The notes under the pieces were generated by a model. That model did not search any database, was not told the origin of the DNA, and saw only the letters and a program-made list of their open reading frames with translations. The translations under genes and the position numbers were made by a program. From Azolla caroliniana (taxonomy: Eukaryota; Plantae; Polypodiophyta), in NCBI GenBank assembly GCA_043228905.1, contig JBHGNT010000002.1, positions 16,740,001-16,804,000 of the forward strand: a stretch of 64,000 bases of DNA. Direction: 5' to 3'. Shown one piece after another: positions 10,501 through 24,476 of the stretch (positions within the stretch are counted from its first letter, which is position 1; each line of letters starts with the position of its first letter).

Positions 10501-12039
10501 GTAGTGGGGGTTGTTGGGGAAGTATTGCGGGTAGTTGTGGGCGGCTAAGCGGTGAGGGTGATCATGGGTGCTCAACCAATGGTGTTTGGCCATATCTTCC
10601 ATTTGGGACTTGACAACAGTTCTCTTGAAAATGCATCATGAAGGCTTTGCGCCACTTACAATATTGAGGTCATCGTTGGTGGAGGAGAGGGCACTTATGC
10701 CCAGTGTAATGGTGGTGGAACACTACGCACCTTACGTTTTCTCTTTGGGCATATGCTTGGGGTCTTTCCATACGGGGTGGTTTTGGAGGTGTGGGTGGAG
10801 CGGGTTCTGAGGTCTTCTCACAGTTGTTTGTAGGTGCATGTGTGGGTATCCGCAACCCACTCATTGAATCCTCGAAATTCATCACTACAGTGCAAGCTTC
10901 CGCAAATGACCGGCACATTCGGGCGATGAGGAAATTTTGGAGTGTGGGCTCAAACAACCCATTGATGAAGCGGCTCATCAATTTGTCGTCTGACATTTTA
11001 TCGCTCGAGCTACACCGATGGTGAAGGCTCGTGCGGCAGATATAATCCCTAACCATCTCGTTAGCCTCTTGCTTGAGGGCAAAAGTTTGGTCAATCGGAT
11101 TCCATTTATTCCCTCTACAAGAGAAGTTGATTAAAAAATCTTCGATGATGTAACTCGAAGTCCGCGACAAGGTCTTCATTTAAAGTCCTAAACCAAATTC
11201 CGCCTTGGTTGTCGAGTGTAAACCCGAATGTGGCTACTTTGGTGATCTCAGTGAGGGGTTCATAAGCTCAACATATTTGTTTGAACCTCTCTACGTGGTC
11301 ATATGCGTCACCGAAACCAAGGAAATGAGGTACTAGTTTAGAAATGGAAGCACTCTTCCCGCTGTCATTTGTGTGGTAACTTGAATTGTCCGCGGTTGCT
11401 TGTTATTTTTCCATCAATGTCACGAGGTTTTGGATGGATTGTAATGCCAATGCGAGTTTGTCATTTGGAGGTGTTGACGTGGATTGGTCGGGTGTAGGGG
11501 TCGCGTTCATACGCGGGTGTCTTGGGGGTCTTGGGTTGTTGCCCATTGTGCTCAAATGCGGTCGGGGCAGGGCTCGTGTTCTCGACGGTGTGTATGTGAT
11601 GATGCTTCTAGGAGGTTAAGTTTTTGTTGTACTCGCACGAACATGTCTTTCCTTTCTGCCAGGGCAACTTCGATGTCTCGGGTGATCCCCTCAGGTTGTC
11701 CTCATTTTGCGAGTTGCATCATCCATATATTGATTTCCTGTTCTATCGCACTCAGCTCCTGCTTGGTATCCCGTATATGTCGTTTTATGTTGGGTGAGTC
11801 TGCCATTGGGCTCTCCTGTAGTGGGGGCGTGTTGAGAGGTGCTTTGGTTTCCGGGCTTGGTAGGAGGTTCATGTTTGGTAGTGTCCCTTGGGTTAACCAC
11901 CCGTCGTGGTATCGAGTCGAGTTAGATGGGCCAGCACTATGTGTTTGATTGGTTTGCGTGACCTCTTCATGACGTGTAGGTCAGGTTTTGGACATCCCTG
12001 ACCATGAGGATCCAGCCATATGTATGATGAAAGATTTTG

Positions 12040-12240
12040 GATGTTCCTGGTGTTGTCTCGACGTCGAACTTTGAGGGTTCGTCGAACTTTTCGGGTTTGT
12101 CGAAAGATGATCTTTCGCCCAACTTTGATGTTGTGTCTAAAGATATTCGTTTGTCAAGCTTTGCGGGTTCATCAAAAGGTGCTTCTTTGTCGAACTTTGA
12201 TCTTTCATCAAAAGATGATCTCTCGTCAAACTTTGGTTGA
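12040..12240. repeat. Degenerate tandem repeats (TCGAACTTTG core) in the 5' leader of element C
   Basis: About six variants of (T/C)GTCGAACTTTG. Confidence 0.6.
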
Positions 12241-12574
12241 AAATTTTGAATTTCAACTTGTTTTTTTTTTCAGATGGTTGTTTCATGTATAGTCGGATGA
12301 TCGTGACCAGCGAGAAACACACTAATTATCTTTGCCCTAAAATGGTTAAATTTTAACAATGCTTAGTATTAACTGGACAATTAGCTTGCTAATGTCCGAG
12401 CGATTAGGGGGGAAAATGAATAAAACAAAAAAACAAAAAATTAGCTTAATTAAAACATGAAATGGTGAAATTTTTATTTAACAAAACTATGGTTTCCTTT
12501 TGATTTCTTCCCTCATTAAGTGGGTTGCCTATAACTGTTCGATCACTTGAAATCGGCTTCAAGCGTTGGTCGCT

Positions 12575-12592
12575 TCCCCGACAGCGCCGCCA
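12575..12592 (-). promoter_or_regulatory. PBS of element C, tRNA-Asp type
   Basis: TGGCGGCGCTGTCGGGGA versus Athila-type tRNA-Asp PBS TGGCGCCGTTGCCGGGGA (15/18). Confidence 0.7.
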
Positions 12593-12598
12593 AATAGA

Positions 12599-13193
12599 TG
12601 TGTAGGATCTATGTATCGACGGAGTTAAACCCTCCTCGACATCGTTTGCAGAACTCGGACCGGCGTATACCCTTTTGATGGAGAATCGGGCGGACATGGT
12701 TGTCGGACACCTCCGAGCCTCACACTCACTTAAGGATTAATTGATTATTATGCGCGATATCTCTCTCAAGCTCTCTCTCATAGACAATAAGTGTAATGAA
12801 TATAGACAATAAGAATAATGAGTATGTTTATTAACCCTCTTCGCTAAGAGGTCTAGTACCAACAAAGAAGAGAGATTAGTGTTCTCTAACTAAGCACTTC
12901 ACTAATCTCTCGTAAGCTTAAGGGATAGAAGAAGGAGGAGAGGAAACTCTAGCTCTTAATCAATAGGGAGAACTTTTCAAATGGAAGAACCTTTACAAAG
13001 CCACCACAATGTGGTTTATATAGCATTTCTTCCGCTTGCCATTTAGGGTTTGCCTCTTTCACACTTGGCTACCCATTAGCTCCTTTTCCGCTTGTCATTT
13101 CTTCTTCATAGTTCCTTTAGTCATATTACGTCCTTGTTGATGCACTCTTCTTCGTGATTGATCATGATGCAATCCAAACACTTAACAATGACA
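12599..13193 (-). repeat. LTR of element C
   Basis: Minus strand TGTCAT...CACA, CTATATAAA at ~13015-13023, PBS downstream, PPT-like GGGGGGA upstream. Confidence 0.75.
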
Positions 13194-13513
13194 TCCCCCC
13201 ATTGTCCCTGGAATGTAGAAGACCCTTAGTCTTCCCCTCTAAGAAGGATCACTATAGGTTTCACGTCTTTTTAGAGTTAATCAAAGCCATGGTCCTCTAT
13301 ATGAGGCCTGGCTCTTGTACAAATTTTACCTCTTGTATTTTTTCCTAACTAATGGGTAACATTCTCTTTTAGAAAAAAAAGATTATTTATCTATTTCATG
13401 CATTTGTGGTACACTATATTTTGTGAGCTTTTATAAGAAAAAGTAACATATTTTCAAAGTCTTTCGCAGGTGAATGTAAATATTGATTCTGATGTGTTAC
13501 ATAGCCAAATGGC

Positions 13514-13959
13514 TGTCAAGAATAGTACTAAACAAAGAGAGAATTAGTACTAGAGAAAAGAAGTACTATTAGTACTAAGAGGACGGGACTGCGTAAGATT
13601 CCCAAGAGAGGAAGTGAGAAGAGAAAAGAGAAAGAGATAGTGAGAATGAGAGAGAGAGAAAGATTATGACAGCAACTAATATATTATGTGAAAGATAAGT
13701 ACAAAGTGGCTAAGAGGCTTAAGACTAGCGTTGAACCAATTTGGTTCAACATAATGCCTAGTGCCTTCTTTTATAGTGTTCTCAGGAGTAATCCTGAAAG
13801 TTCTAGAATGTTCCAGAGAAATCTAGAATATACATTACTTTCTTATAATAAAGCATAAATGAAAATAATATCCTATGAATTACAATAGATGGTGTGATGG
13901 TTAAGAGCTTGACCCATATACTATAAGGTCATGGGTTTGAGTCTTGCTATATCATGACA
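13514..13959 (-). mobile_element. Solo LTR with ATGGC target-site duplication
   Basis: TG...CA termini (TGTCA/TGACA), ATGGC at 13509-13513 and 13960-13964, minus-strand CTATAAAAG near 13770. Confidence 0.9.
13885..13950 (+). other. tRNA-like A-box/B-box module in solo LTR
   Basis: TGGTGTGATGG (13890-13900), AAGGTC, GGTTTGAGTCT (13934-13944) at tRNA-like spacing. Confidence 0.55.
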
Positions 13960-14409
13960 ATGGCTTGTTTATGAATACGAGTACTCAAAGGTTATAACTC
14001 TTCAACATCGAAATGTAATCATTTTGCTCTAAGTTTTCCTGTAAATATTAGAATCATCCAAATTTCTCTCTCATTTGATTTACCTCACTTTAATCGTGTT
14101 TTATGATGCAATCAATGTTGGGCAAAGTCCTAGGAACAGTGTCAGCATTCTAGTTAGGTTGGAACTTTTGCAAGCCAAGGTGGGGGATAGACGGAATTGA
14201 TTTTGGCCAAGTTTTCCTACTAATTGGAATCTAGCCGGTTCATATTTTTTGAACCGGCTCTTTGTATAGTTTATGTAAAAAATAAAAAAAAAGGTAAAGA
14301 AAAAGTTTTTATGTTTTCTCTTGAGTCTTTCCCCCTTTTTTCCCCATTTTTGTGTTTCACTTTTCCCCTCTTTTTGTTTTTCTCCCTCTTTGTGTGTCTG
14401 TCCTCCTAT

Positions 14410-14625
14410 TTCCTGCTCGTTGCTCGTTGCTCGTTGCTTGTTACTCATTGTTCAATACTCACTGATGTTGCTCACTACTCACTGCTCGCTTATCGCTTCT
14501 TGTTGATCGTTGATCGTTGCCCATTTATCGTTGCTCGCTGCTCTTGAGTCCTTCCTCACTACTCATTACTCGCTAATCACTGCTCACTGATTGCCACTCG
14601 CCAATACGTTACTCACCACTCACCT
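14410..14625. repeat. Degenerate heptamer tandem repeat (CTCGTTG/CTCACTG)
   Basis: Repeated ctcgttg, ctcactg and atcgttg units. Confidence 0.7.
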
Positions 14626-14809
14626 ATTGTGGGGTGAGTGCAGATTTTTCAATGTTAGGGTCTTGTGATGGTATTCATAATAAAAAAATGATATATTCAT
14701 ATAATTTGATTCAAAATGAGATTCTTATGATTACCCTATGATGTAATTTGATTACCCTATGCATTAAGGTCTTGTGCGAATATTCATAATTTGATTACTC
14801 TACGACATA

Positions 14810-15790
14810 ATTTCTTTCATCCTAAAAGAATGTGTATAAGTACATCCCCCTAAAGGTTGGAATATTTAAAAGGTAGGAATGGTTTCTCATGTATCATGCA
14901 TCTAATGGTGTTCAAATCTTCTTTTATAAATCTTCATATTATATCAGTGGTGCAAACAAAACATTGGGATGATTAACACTATACTGGACACACTTACAAT
15001 AAAAAAGAGATGTTTCCTTGTACACACTTTTAATAAAATAGATATTTTCCAAGTTTCTTCGATGCCTTTTTACATACACACATACAACATGTTTTCCTAA
15101 GTAGTGAGAGGCTTTTATAATGTTTAGTTTGCAAAGTTCGATGCTCCTCCTTATGCTTAGTTTAGTCAATTATGAGAATTGAGAAAAGTTAAGGATTTAG
15201 ACCTATTTTCAATACATAATGTGTGTAACAATTTTTTCTCTGTTTGAATTTGTTTTCCTCACGATTTCTCTCTATTTCAATCTATTTCAAAATTGACTCT
15301 GTTTTTCTCTCTATTTGAGTGCCAAGTCCATGAACACTCTGTTTTTATCTGTTTGAATTCTGATTTTAAGGTGAATACATGTGCGGTAGGTTAATGTGAC
15401 TCTTTCTTCTTTATTTTTTGATAAATTGGAAGATTCATATTGGAAACTTGATCCTTTATTGCCTCGTAATCTTCCATATATCCTAGGTATTTTAATTTTC
15501 TTATTCTCTTTGGAAAACATGGATTGTGTAATGATGTGTGGAAAGAAAAGCTACACGAGCTTCTAAAGCTTTCATTGCTAGGGTTAATTTAATGTTCTTC
15601 TACAACAGCATGTGAGAGCGGCTTTAGTCACCTAAATCTAATAATAAAAAAGTTCAAAAATAGGCTAAAAAGAAATGTGGTTGATGCATTGATACAAATC
15701 TCTATTGAAGGACCTAAACTAGAAGAACATGACTTTAGTGCCAGCATTTTGTTGTGGCGAGAAAGCAAGAAATATCATCATATTTTTACA
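14810..15790 (+). mobile_element. Degenerate hAT-superfamily DNA transposase remnant
   Basis: 15550-15775 translates as ELLKLSLLGLI*CSSTTACESGFSHLNLIIKKFKNRL..VDALIQISIEGP, the hAT C-terminal dimerisation motif; a weaker zinc-finger-like remnant lies near 14815-14910. Confidence 0.7.
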
Positions 15791-16786
15791 AGAACTTCTC
15801 ATGAGCATGATGATGACATCGAGAACTTCATAGAAGATATTGATTGAAACTTTGTAAATTTGATCTATTTTGGTTTGAAACTTTATATAAGAAGTAGGAA
15901 AATTTCCGGTAGGGGCAAGAGACTTTGCCAATAACTATTAGACTTAATGGGAGAATCCTTCATGTTGTTAAATGTTGACAGTTGTAAATGTATCTACATA
16001 GGTATACTTTATTGAAAACCTAGATATACAAAATCCAAATTCACATTTAAAAATGTGTGAATTAATGTAAAATAAATGTTCTTTACAAAAAAAACTATAT
16101 AAAAAACGGCTTAAATATTATGATCTTGTGCTTTCTATGCTTTGTTGTGGCCATCCTAGATTAAATCATTTAGTGTATGATGGGATAGAATGATATGAGA
16201 ATATTAAAACTTATGATTGATACATTGTTCACAAGCGTCCATGAAGGCTATATAACTTTCTGTTAATGTCTTCCAGTATCTTTAATAAGCTTTTGTAAGT
16301 TGACTCACGCATAAATGACTTATCATTTTGATTATTGTACCAAAATGTTTCTATAATACGACAACATCAAGAGAGAAATTGCCTATGTTAATCAACATCA
16401 TGAATGCAATATATTGTTCTTATGTATTAAGAAGAAATATTCAAGATATTTAAAAGAATTACTCACATATCTTATACATATGTAAAAATGATGCACAAAA
16501 GTCTCTAGCATGTTTCAAAGTACACAAATTTCATTAGTTTTATATTAAGAGAAATGTTGGGCATACTATACACAAGTTTTGGTGGGAATGTTCTCTCATC
16601 GATAAATTAATTTGGAAAGTAATCAACAAGGACAAACAACTATCATAGGTAGTTGGTTTCATGCATGTGGTGTGCTAATAAAATTCAAAGGCCTAAGTGT
16701 GATGAAGGTAATGCTTTGACGTATCTTTCATTACAATTATTGTTGTTCTCTAAATTATATTTGAAGGAACAAACTATGAGATCGAT

Positions 16787-17943
16787 ATGAGATCCGAAAT
16801 CATTAACGCTCTATTGATTATGGAAGCTACTACTCAAAGGACGACAATGGAGAAATGGATAGGCTACAAGGAGGAGGCATCTTTGATCCCGAGAGATAGG
16901 GGAACACTAGACAGGATCGAAGGATCTGAATTGCAAGACACTGAGACACCAACACAGAATAATGCAATTCGTGCACTCGTGTATACTAGTCATAAATGGA
17001 TTGTAGATCCGAATCCGATCAAAGTACAACCCGATTGGCACATATGTACTCATGAAAACACATGCCTACGTAAGGTCAATTGGGACCCTTTGCAATGGAC
17101 ATGCCGTGATCCTTACGCGGGGCAAGGAAGCAAACCCATCCCTTTCTTCCAATTCACAACTAGATTGGATCGCCACATTCTAGCTACTCAAACCACCCAA
17201 GAGCCGGTTGCTGCAAAGGTTTGGCACACATTTCAAGTTCCTCACACAATTATCACCAAGTTTTGGCAAAAATCTAGAAACAACAACACGTGAGGCGAAT
17301 TACCACGTTCAAATGGCTATTAATACATAAGTCACTACCGGTGGGAGCATGGCAACGTAGGAACCTTAGCTCTCCTAATTGTGTAGAGTGCCCAAATGCA
17401 GTAGAATCAATACGACACGCTCTGTGGGATTGCCCAGCGTCCAATCGAATATGGCGGGGGGTTGGCCGCTTGTTGCAAAAATGCCAGGTGCAAGGCTCAA
17501 TCAGGTGGGGAAATATATGTTGGCTATCATGGCAAACCCCAATTGGCAGATACGAGCATCAGGAGGAGCGGATGACTTTGGTGATAAAAGCACAAGAGGT
17601 TTCTTTCTCCACCAGCGGCAATGTCCACTCAACTCCTCTTAATGACAAATCTCAAGTTGTGTTGGAATTGGTCAGCCCAATAACTCTTTGGATTCTATGG
17701 AAACAACGGTGTAGACGGGTCTTCTCCAACCAAACTGCACATCCAACAAGGTTACTGCAAGAGATATGGAGTGAAATTGTAGCCACTTTAAAGAGCCAAT
17801 ATGATGGCCTCAAGGGCGGCTCCGATGGAGTCGAAAGACAACGAATAGCCTTCATCCAACAATGGTCGTCCTCTCCCTTTCTTGAGTTAGTGGGCATCCA
17901 CATAAGATGGAACTATCGCGTCCCTATGGGGATTTGTACATAA
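16787..17943 (+). mobile_element. 5'-truncated LINE (L1) 3' fragment with zf-RVT
   Basis: FKWLLIHKSLPVG..CVECPNAVESIRHALWDCP and LWILWKQRC are typical L1 ORF2 C-terminal motifs; frameshift at ~17290. Confidence 0.85.
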
Positions 17944-18539
17944 TAGTCTCATTTGTAAAATTTTATAACTAATGGAAGGAGTTTTTTTGTTTTTTTGTTT
18001 GGAAAGAAAAACAAAATACTTTATATCAAATATAATCTAGTTGGTTTTTCTCAATACAAACTCTACTAAGAAATAGATTTCATATAACTAGTTGAGGATA
18101 TTTCGAGTTTGTTGTTTGTTTCTTTTCTTTTCCAAAAAAGAGCTACTTTCCAATTAGTTAGGACAGATTTTTATAGAAAGACTATACAAGAAAACAGGGA
18201 ATCACCCCCCAACCGCAAGAATATGATACTGCATACATATCTTCTCTTACTTTGTTGTTGATCAAAATTGTAACTTATCATATAAACCAAGTCCCTTTTC
18301 ATAGAAGGATGTGTATATATGTCATCAATGTAGTCCAATATCTCATGAGCGTAAGTGTATAGTTTCTAAAAAAAATACATTATTCTTTTCACAATATTTC
18401 ACATGATATTACATGATCATTGATAGGACTGTAGATAATTTTTGACATTAATCTTTTAAATTTTTGTTCATTTGAAATGCTAGATATAAGATTCTTAAAT
18501 CTGAGATAATAATAGTTTCATTCATTTTAGAGGTTTTCT

Positions 18540-19500
18540 TGACACTCACTTGCAAAAAGTAGAAAACTTGCAAGACATTTTCAACACTTGTGAATAATTA
18601 TAAACTTCAAAATGATTCATTCTTTGGTTAAAGTATTCTGTTAATTCATATTGATATAAATTCAAAGGCTCTGCAAAGCTAAGCCTTGAATTATGTGATT
18701 TTTTTTATTTATTAGCAAAATTTCAAAAGATTATTACAATGAGCAAATAATGTGTTCAAGTCATCGGGTCTTTACTTTATTCCTTTTATCGATAATGTTA
18801 GCATATTTGATAACAAAGTAAAACTAGAAGCCACTTCTAAAATACGAAAGGAATATCAAAATGATTCCTCAAAGTTCATAAATGACATGGTTTTTTGAGT
18901 ATATATCGCCTTCAAGCTTTTGAGGTGATACAATTAATTTCAACAAAAGGTTTTAATAAGTGAATTTACGAAGGTTCATAGAAATATAGCCAATAGCTTT
19001 GTGCATTCCAATGGCATGGACATGCTCATATGGAGCAATGGCTACATAAGCAATGATGCTATTTTGGCCAATTATTAAACCAAGAAAACACATTTATTAG
19101 AATAATAATCTTGATCTCTTGCATTGATGATTGATATCACCAATTATTATATTTGACATTGGTGCAAAGAGAGATATGAGATGTTATCAATGTCAATAGT
19201 GTCTTAATTTTCATAATAAAAGTAATCATACTTTTCATATTGTTTTGTGAATAAATCAAATGTCTACATGACTTTGTCTATATAAACAAGATCTAGCCTT
19301 GGACCAATTGTCGAGTGACAACTTTCTTTTTACGTGAATGATAACCTTGATTTCATATACTGATGATTGGTATGCCAATTACAATTTTTGAGTTGGGCAA
19401 ACAGGTGAGAGGTCATTAATTTCAGTGGTATTCTCCTAAATATGTTGAAGAAAGCATGTGTAGTTTTGAGCATGCTTTTGGAAGGTCTTGTTAGGACATG
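18540..19500 (-). mobile_element. Possible highly eroded hAT transposase
   Basis: Short minus-strand peptides TIDIDNISYLSLH (~19165-19200) and VENVLQVFYF (~18555-18585) are in the order expected for hAT transposases; weak. Confidence 0.25.
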
Positions 19501-20166
19501 TTCATGAGGTTGTAATGTAGGTAACATAAACTTTTGTCAACCAAGCTGAAAGATAGCTTTATTAATTAGGTTCATCTATGTTATAAATATGGAGGATTCA
19601 TTTATTTTGTAGAAATCCATAGTCATGAAAAAGGTGACTTGGTGCAAGTTTTGTTGAATATTGTCTACTTGCAATATTCTAGTTAGTATATTTAAATGTT
19701 TGTGGAGAGAAGGCTGTCAAGGCTTTAATGTGCGTTGTTAGTCATCCTCCTTCTATGCCCAAGATTCCTCATTGGCATGGGTAAAGGAACCCACGTGTAC
19801 AATCCTTTCCCTTAACCACTTCAATAAATATACAACAATTAATAAGCAGAAAACATCATGTGTACACTTTTAATAATGTTCATTGATATGAATATATACA
19901 TATGTATATACATATATACACACACATATTTATATGTATATATATATATATATTCATTTTAAAAATGAACAAAGGACGAGCCCCAAAGATACAAGGTGCC
20001 TCCTTGCATGCCTTTCTTTGTACATGAGGACCACAAAAAAGGAACATGTTTCACAATGTTGTAGTTCATTTGATGTTTTATGTACATGAATAATAAAGTC
20101 ATATACACAAGGATCACTTCAACTCGTTGGCTAGGTTGTAGATAAAGTGACAAGCTCTCATCGAAA

Positions 20167-23100
20167 CTAATTTAACCAACGTCTTTTCCACTTCACGAGA
20201 CGGACAAGAAGTTGGGCTACCTGCAAGAATGTTTATTGGTGATAAGCACAATGATGGCCCACAAGCAACCACAAATATCAATGTGCAAAGTACACATTAT
20301 AATTACCTCATCGGGATCTTTAACTGAGCATATTGCATTTGTTTCTTTGGGAGTGTTGGACACAAGTACACTAAGGCCATTCTTTCTTCTATTCACCACC
20401 TAGTATGATTTGGAGATACAATTATTATTATAAAACACACCATCAAACATCATAATCTAGGTGCATAAATAAATTTCACAAGCCCACCTTGAACGCATCT
20501 TCATCAGTTCTATCATCCCCCACATATATTGGAAAAACATTATTTTGATCTTCAAAACCTACAAGACAAGCCTTCAACTAAATTAATCTGTATTATCCTA
20601 CATTGAAATTTTTTACATTATACACACTATAATGTCTTACCCATTGCTTTTAATAAGTATTCCAATGCTTTCCCTTTATTCCATGTGATAAGTGGTCGAA
20701 TTTCCAGAATCTGAGGAGAGAATATAATTGGATCACCAACATATAGCTATATGAATGAACAAACATTGTTATGTGTATAATGATTCTGACCTTTCGACCC
20801 TCTGTGAGACGAAGGGTAGGATAAGATTGTACAACTTCATGCACTTGCTCAGCCAAAGCTACCCAGTTCTACAATTTTAAACAAAAAATGTTGTGAGAAT
20901 GTTTGAACCCCCAAAGGAATGACAAAAATAAAAACAATCCTTGAAATCTCACCTTTTCATTTACACATCGAAAGTGAACGGTGACACTAAATTTGTTATG
21001 TTCCACCTTTGCCCCTTGTATAGCTTTAGTCTTGTTCTCCAATATCTTGAAAACCTATAAAAAATTTAATTTAAAAGAATGACTTGGATTGTGTACATAA
21101 CATGTTGTATTTCACAAGTTCATCATACCTCATTAATGGGGAGCATAAACTCATTTCCAGGTTGGAAGAAAACTTGTTTTGAGGCCTACATTTTTTCAAT
21201 TTCAGTTTCAACATAATATGCTTGTAAGTCTCTTGACAAAGCCTTTAGATTAGACATTCTTGATGTGATTTATATTTGTACCTTGTTAATTGCATGACAA
21301 TGGGGCTCTTTTGGTCCCATAATGTCCATGCCATGACTTCCTGCATAATACAATTCCCGCAACTTTACAAATTGCCGTATCTGTCACATCAAAATAAACC
21401 TTGTATGTAAGTTAGGGTTAGGTTTATTATACGGTGTAAAAAAGAAAATGACAGAAACTTCATTTCATTTAAAGTACATTTTAACAAGTTTCTGAGTTCT
21501 CAAAAGGGAGGTGTTTAAAAAGACGCAAACATCAAAATATCCCCATTGTTTTTCATTATTTACCAAGGCAATACCCTCCTATAATGATAGTGTTTCTTAT
21601 CACTAATGCTTTGGGGTAAAAAGGAAATTTTATTATTTTAGTTCTCCTATTATTAGGGATGGTATGTATTGATATTTACAAAGCCAGAAAGGCTAGAGTT
21701 TGCATTTATCCCCGCACTATATGAGAGGGGTGCTATTTTTTCCTAATCTCGTGAGCCTTGAAATTAATCCTGAGTCAATGTTATTGCACCTATTTTTCAT
21801 CCACCAATTTTACCTTTTCTTGACTTCTTCCTGATATAATCGCTGTTGGAAAAACCTTGGCAACATCTTTTACAATTGCACGCATCTGTAGGAGAGGATG
21901 TGTTAGTAAGAAATGGAAGGAAATAATCATGGTTTGTTAAAATTTCATTACATGATTAATCATTTTCAATTATCAACATGTTCAAATACCTCATCTGTCA
22001 TGAATGCCATGTCAGGGTTCTCAATAATGGGCGAGAGTGTGCCATCGTAATCAAGGAAGACAACGATTCGTTTGCCACTAGCATTTGCCACTATTTGGTC
22101 AAAGTTGTCCAATGCAGAAGGAAGCTATTTGGATACATACACCAAGTTCAATGTCATGGCATGTTTTACGTTTCTCAAAGCAACATAGCATACATTTAAA
22201 TTCTATTTGGAATGATTAGAGTTTTATATGTGAAAGGTAGTTATGATTATCATATGTTCTTGGATGGAATGTCAAGAGCTTATCGATGCAAGGTTATGAC
22301 AATGAATTGTTTATTACATATGTACCAAATAATTGATAAGTAATTTGTGAATTGTATTTACTACATGCTTCATCTCTTGCTAGCTTTGCATTTACTTTAG
22401 TATATTTTACTTTTGTTTACAAAAAAGTCAACACACATATACATATAATAAAAACTTAAATTCTGAAAATGCCTTTTCTAATACGTTCATTTATATATAT
22501 AATTGATTTTTCACAAGGTTGAAAATAATTGCTTTGTTTGTGAGAGATTCACACATGTAGTACACACACAAAAGGGAATGTAACCTCTCTTTATTGGAGT
22601 TCCCTTTTGAGGTTGTTGGTTGGACTAGTTGTGGGGTCCATCATTGTCATCTTTGACAATCTTGGTCATCTATTACTAAGATTTACACAACCATCTAGTT
22701 CAAGACACTATAACTAACATTTACACAACCATCTAGTTCGAGACATGGACTAATTCGAGAATGGATATTATAGCATCTACTTCATTCTTAAAAGACACAA
22801 CTAATCGATGGATAGATATACAACGACATCTACTTCATCCTTAAAGTGTTTGACATTACGTACTACTTTTATTTTGTGTAATGAACGATGAAACATTCTA
22901 GCTTATCCTAGAGACTATTGTATCCTTTGTACTAAAAAGGTTTGTATTCTTTATGAGCTTTTTATCCACATATATTTGACCCTTAACTATGGTGTGGTAC
23001 ACTTTGACACTACAAATAAGGGGCTTCATATGTGAGGTTGACTCACAAGTGTTTTATCAACACTTTTCTGAACCAAACACTATGTGCAAAAAAGAGTGTC

Positions 23101-24476
23101 TATTTGCATTCATATTATGATGGCATGGGCTTGCACCATTAGTTCCATTCATGTTACATGCAACAACAAATAAGTCATTTTCCCTTAAGGGTTAACAAAT
23201 ATATTAAAGGACCCGATTAGAAACTATGTAAATACATCTTTGTAATGTAATGTGTGAATAGACAAAGTGGTTATTAACAAATGCAAAAACATTATGCCAA
23301 CATGTGCACATGCACACACACATGCATAAATACATATGTACATACACACATACGTACGTACGTACATATATACATACACAAATATATACATGAAATGATG
23401 AATGCATCCATACATGCATACATACACAAATGCATACATAGATAAAAAATGCATACAAGTGTACATAGATACATACATATGCATGAAAAATGCAAATTAT
23501 ACCATGCAAATGTGACATGTAGACGTACATATGTAAGGTCACATACACACATGCATGCATGCATCAAGTATAGAAGTGTGTATATATGTATATATATGCA
23601 ACATATATCATAACAACTCATCCTTTGAAGAAGTATTATGCGTATAACATGATCTTCATGCATAAATGCATGTCATGAATAATTACCATGTGCCATGTAA
23701 ACATGCACACAACTCAAATGAACCTCTTTGTTCATTAAAGAATAATGATTGAATAATCTATTTTATATAGAACATGCATCCCACACACATATATTGAATG
23801 TAAGTATGTGGACATAATGACACATTGTTTAATACCTTCGACCAATGATGATAAAGACTAGGTCTTTTTTATGAAGATTCTATGGAGTTTTTAAGAATTC
23901 TTGTTGGAGTGTGTAAAAATAATGTGAAAGCATACACTTTGTAAAGAGAAGGATATCATGAGGGGAAAAATGGAAAAATGATATCTACCTAATCATACTT
24001 ACAATAGTATGATGCCGCTGAGGAGAAACGATGCTGACGAAGATACTTGGGTCCTTCATATTATGCATTGTCTTGCAAGTGTTGTTAGTAGTGGTTGTCC
24101 TTGTCTCTGTCGTTATAGTAGCAGAAATACAAGTGTTAGTGTTGTTATTGGCATTAGTGTTAGTAGAAGGTGGTCTATTGCATGGGGGTGAAGATGCCCT
24201 CATGGCCTCTAGCCACCCATGGACAACAATACTACTAGTAGTCTTCTTTGGTCCCAATATAATAGTAGTTGTTGTCGTTGTGGTGCTAGGTGATGAACTA
24301 TTGTTGGTGGCCATACTACTCGTGCTCATGTTATGTGTCCCGGCCACCACAAGCAAAGGAGAAGTCCCTAAGGTCAATGTTGCATGCCCCCTTGCATTGC
24401 ATGCACTGGCCTCCCCATTGAATTTGTTGCCCTTGGGAGCATGATGAGTTGTTGCATTCACTATGGTCGTAGACAT
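20167..24476 (-). CDS. TPP: Trehalose-6-phosphate phosphatase (plant TPP, HAD superfamily), 11 exons, ~434 aa
   Basis: Exons with GT-AG introns: 24476-24003, 22124-21990, 21885-21814, 21380-21282, 21185-21129, 21054-20953, 20868-20791, 20710-20641, 20558-20488, 20399-20307, 20220-20167. Motifs [70 protein letters not shown] and [13 protein letters not shown]; frame open to TAG. Confidence 0.96.
23290..23620. repeat. Low-complexity alternating purine-pyrimidine (CATA/TACA) tract in TPP intron 1
   Basis: Runs of cata, taca and tgca; explains the spurious C/V/Y/M-rich ORFs. Confidence 0.8.

Larger units (their letters stand above)
2954..13193 (-). mobile_element. Degenerate Ty3/Gypsy element C (gag, protease, RT, RNase H, integrase), interrupted by A and B
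   Basis: Minus-strand fragments: integrase (NGQVESTNK, ALWAFRT; 2954-3700), RNase H (HTDASA 7570-7776; DHVLADHLS 3797-4000), RT (YVDD 7802-8149; VVVPKKNGK), gag-like 10670-11340. Many stops and frameshifts. Confidence 0.9.

Noticed and set aside
22681-22850. Extra TPP exon within short intronic duplications
   Set aside because: No in-frame TPP-like peptide with paired splice sites was found; these look like local tandem duplications.
23204-23663. Cys/Val/Tyr-rich ORFs
   Set aside because: Translation of an intronic purine-pyrimidine repeat.
24031-24444. Hydrophobic 137-aa plus-strand ORF resembling a membrane protein
   Set aside because: It is the antisense shadow of the Thr/Asn-rich TPP exon 1.
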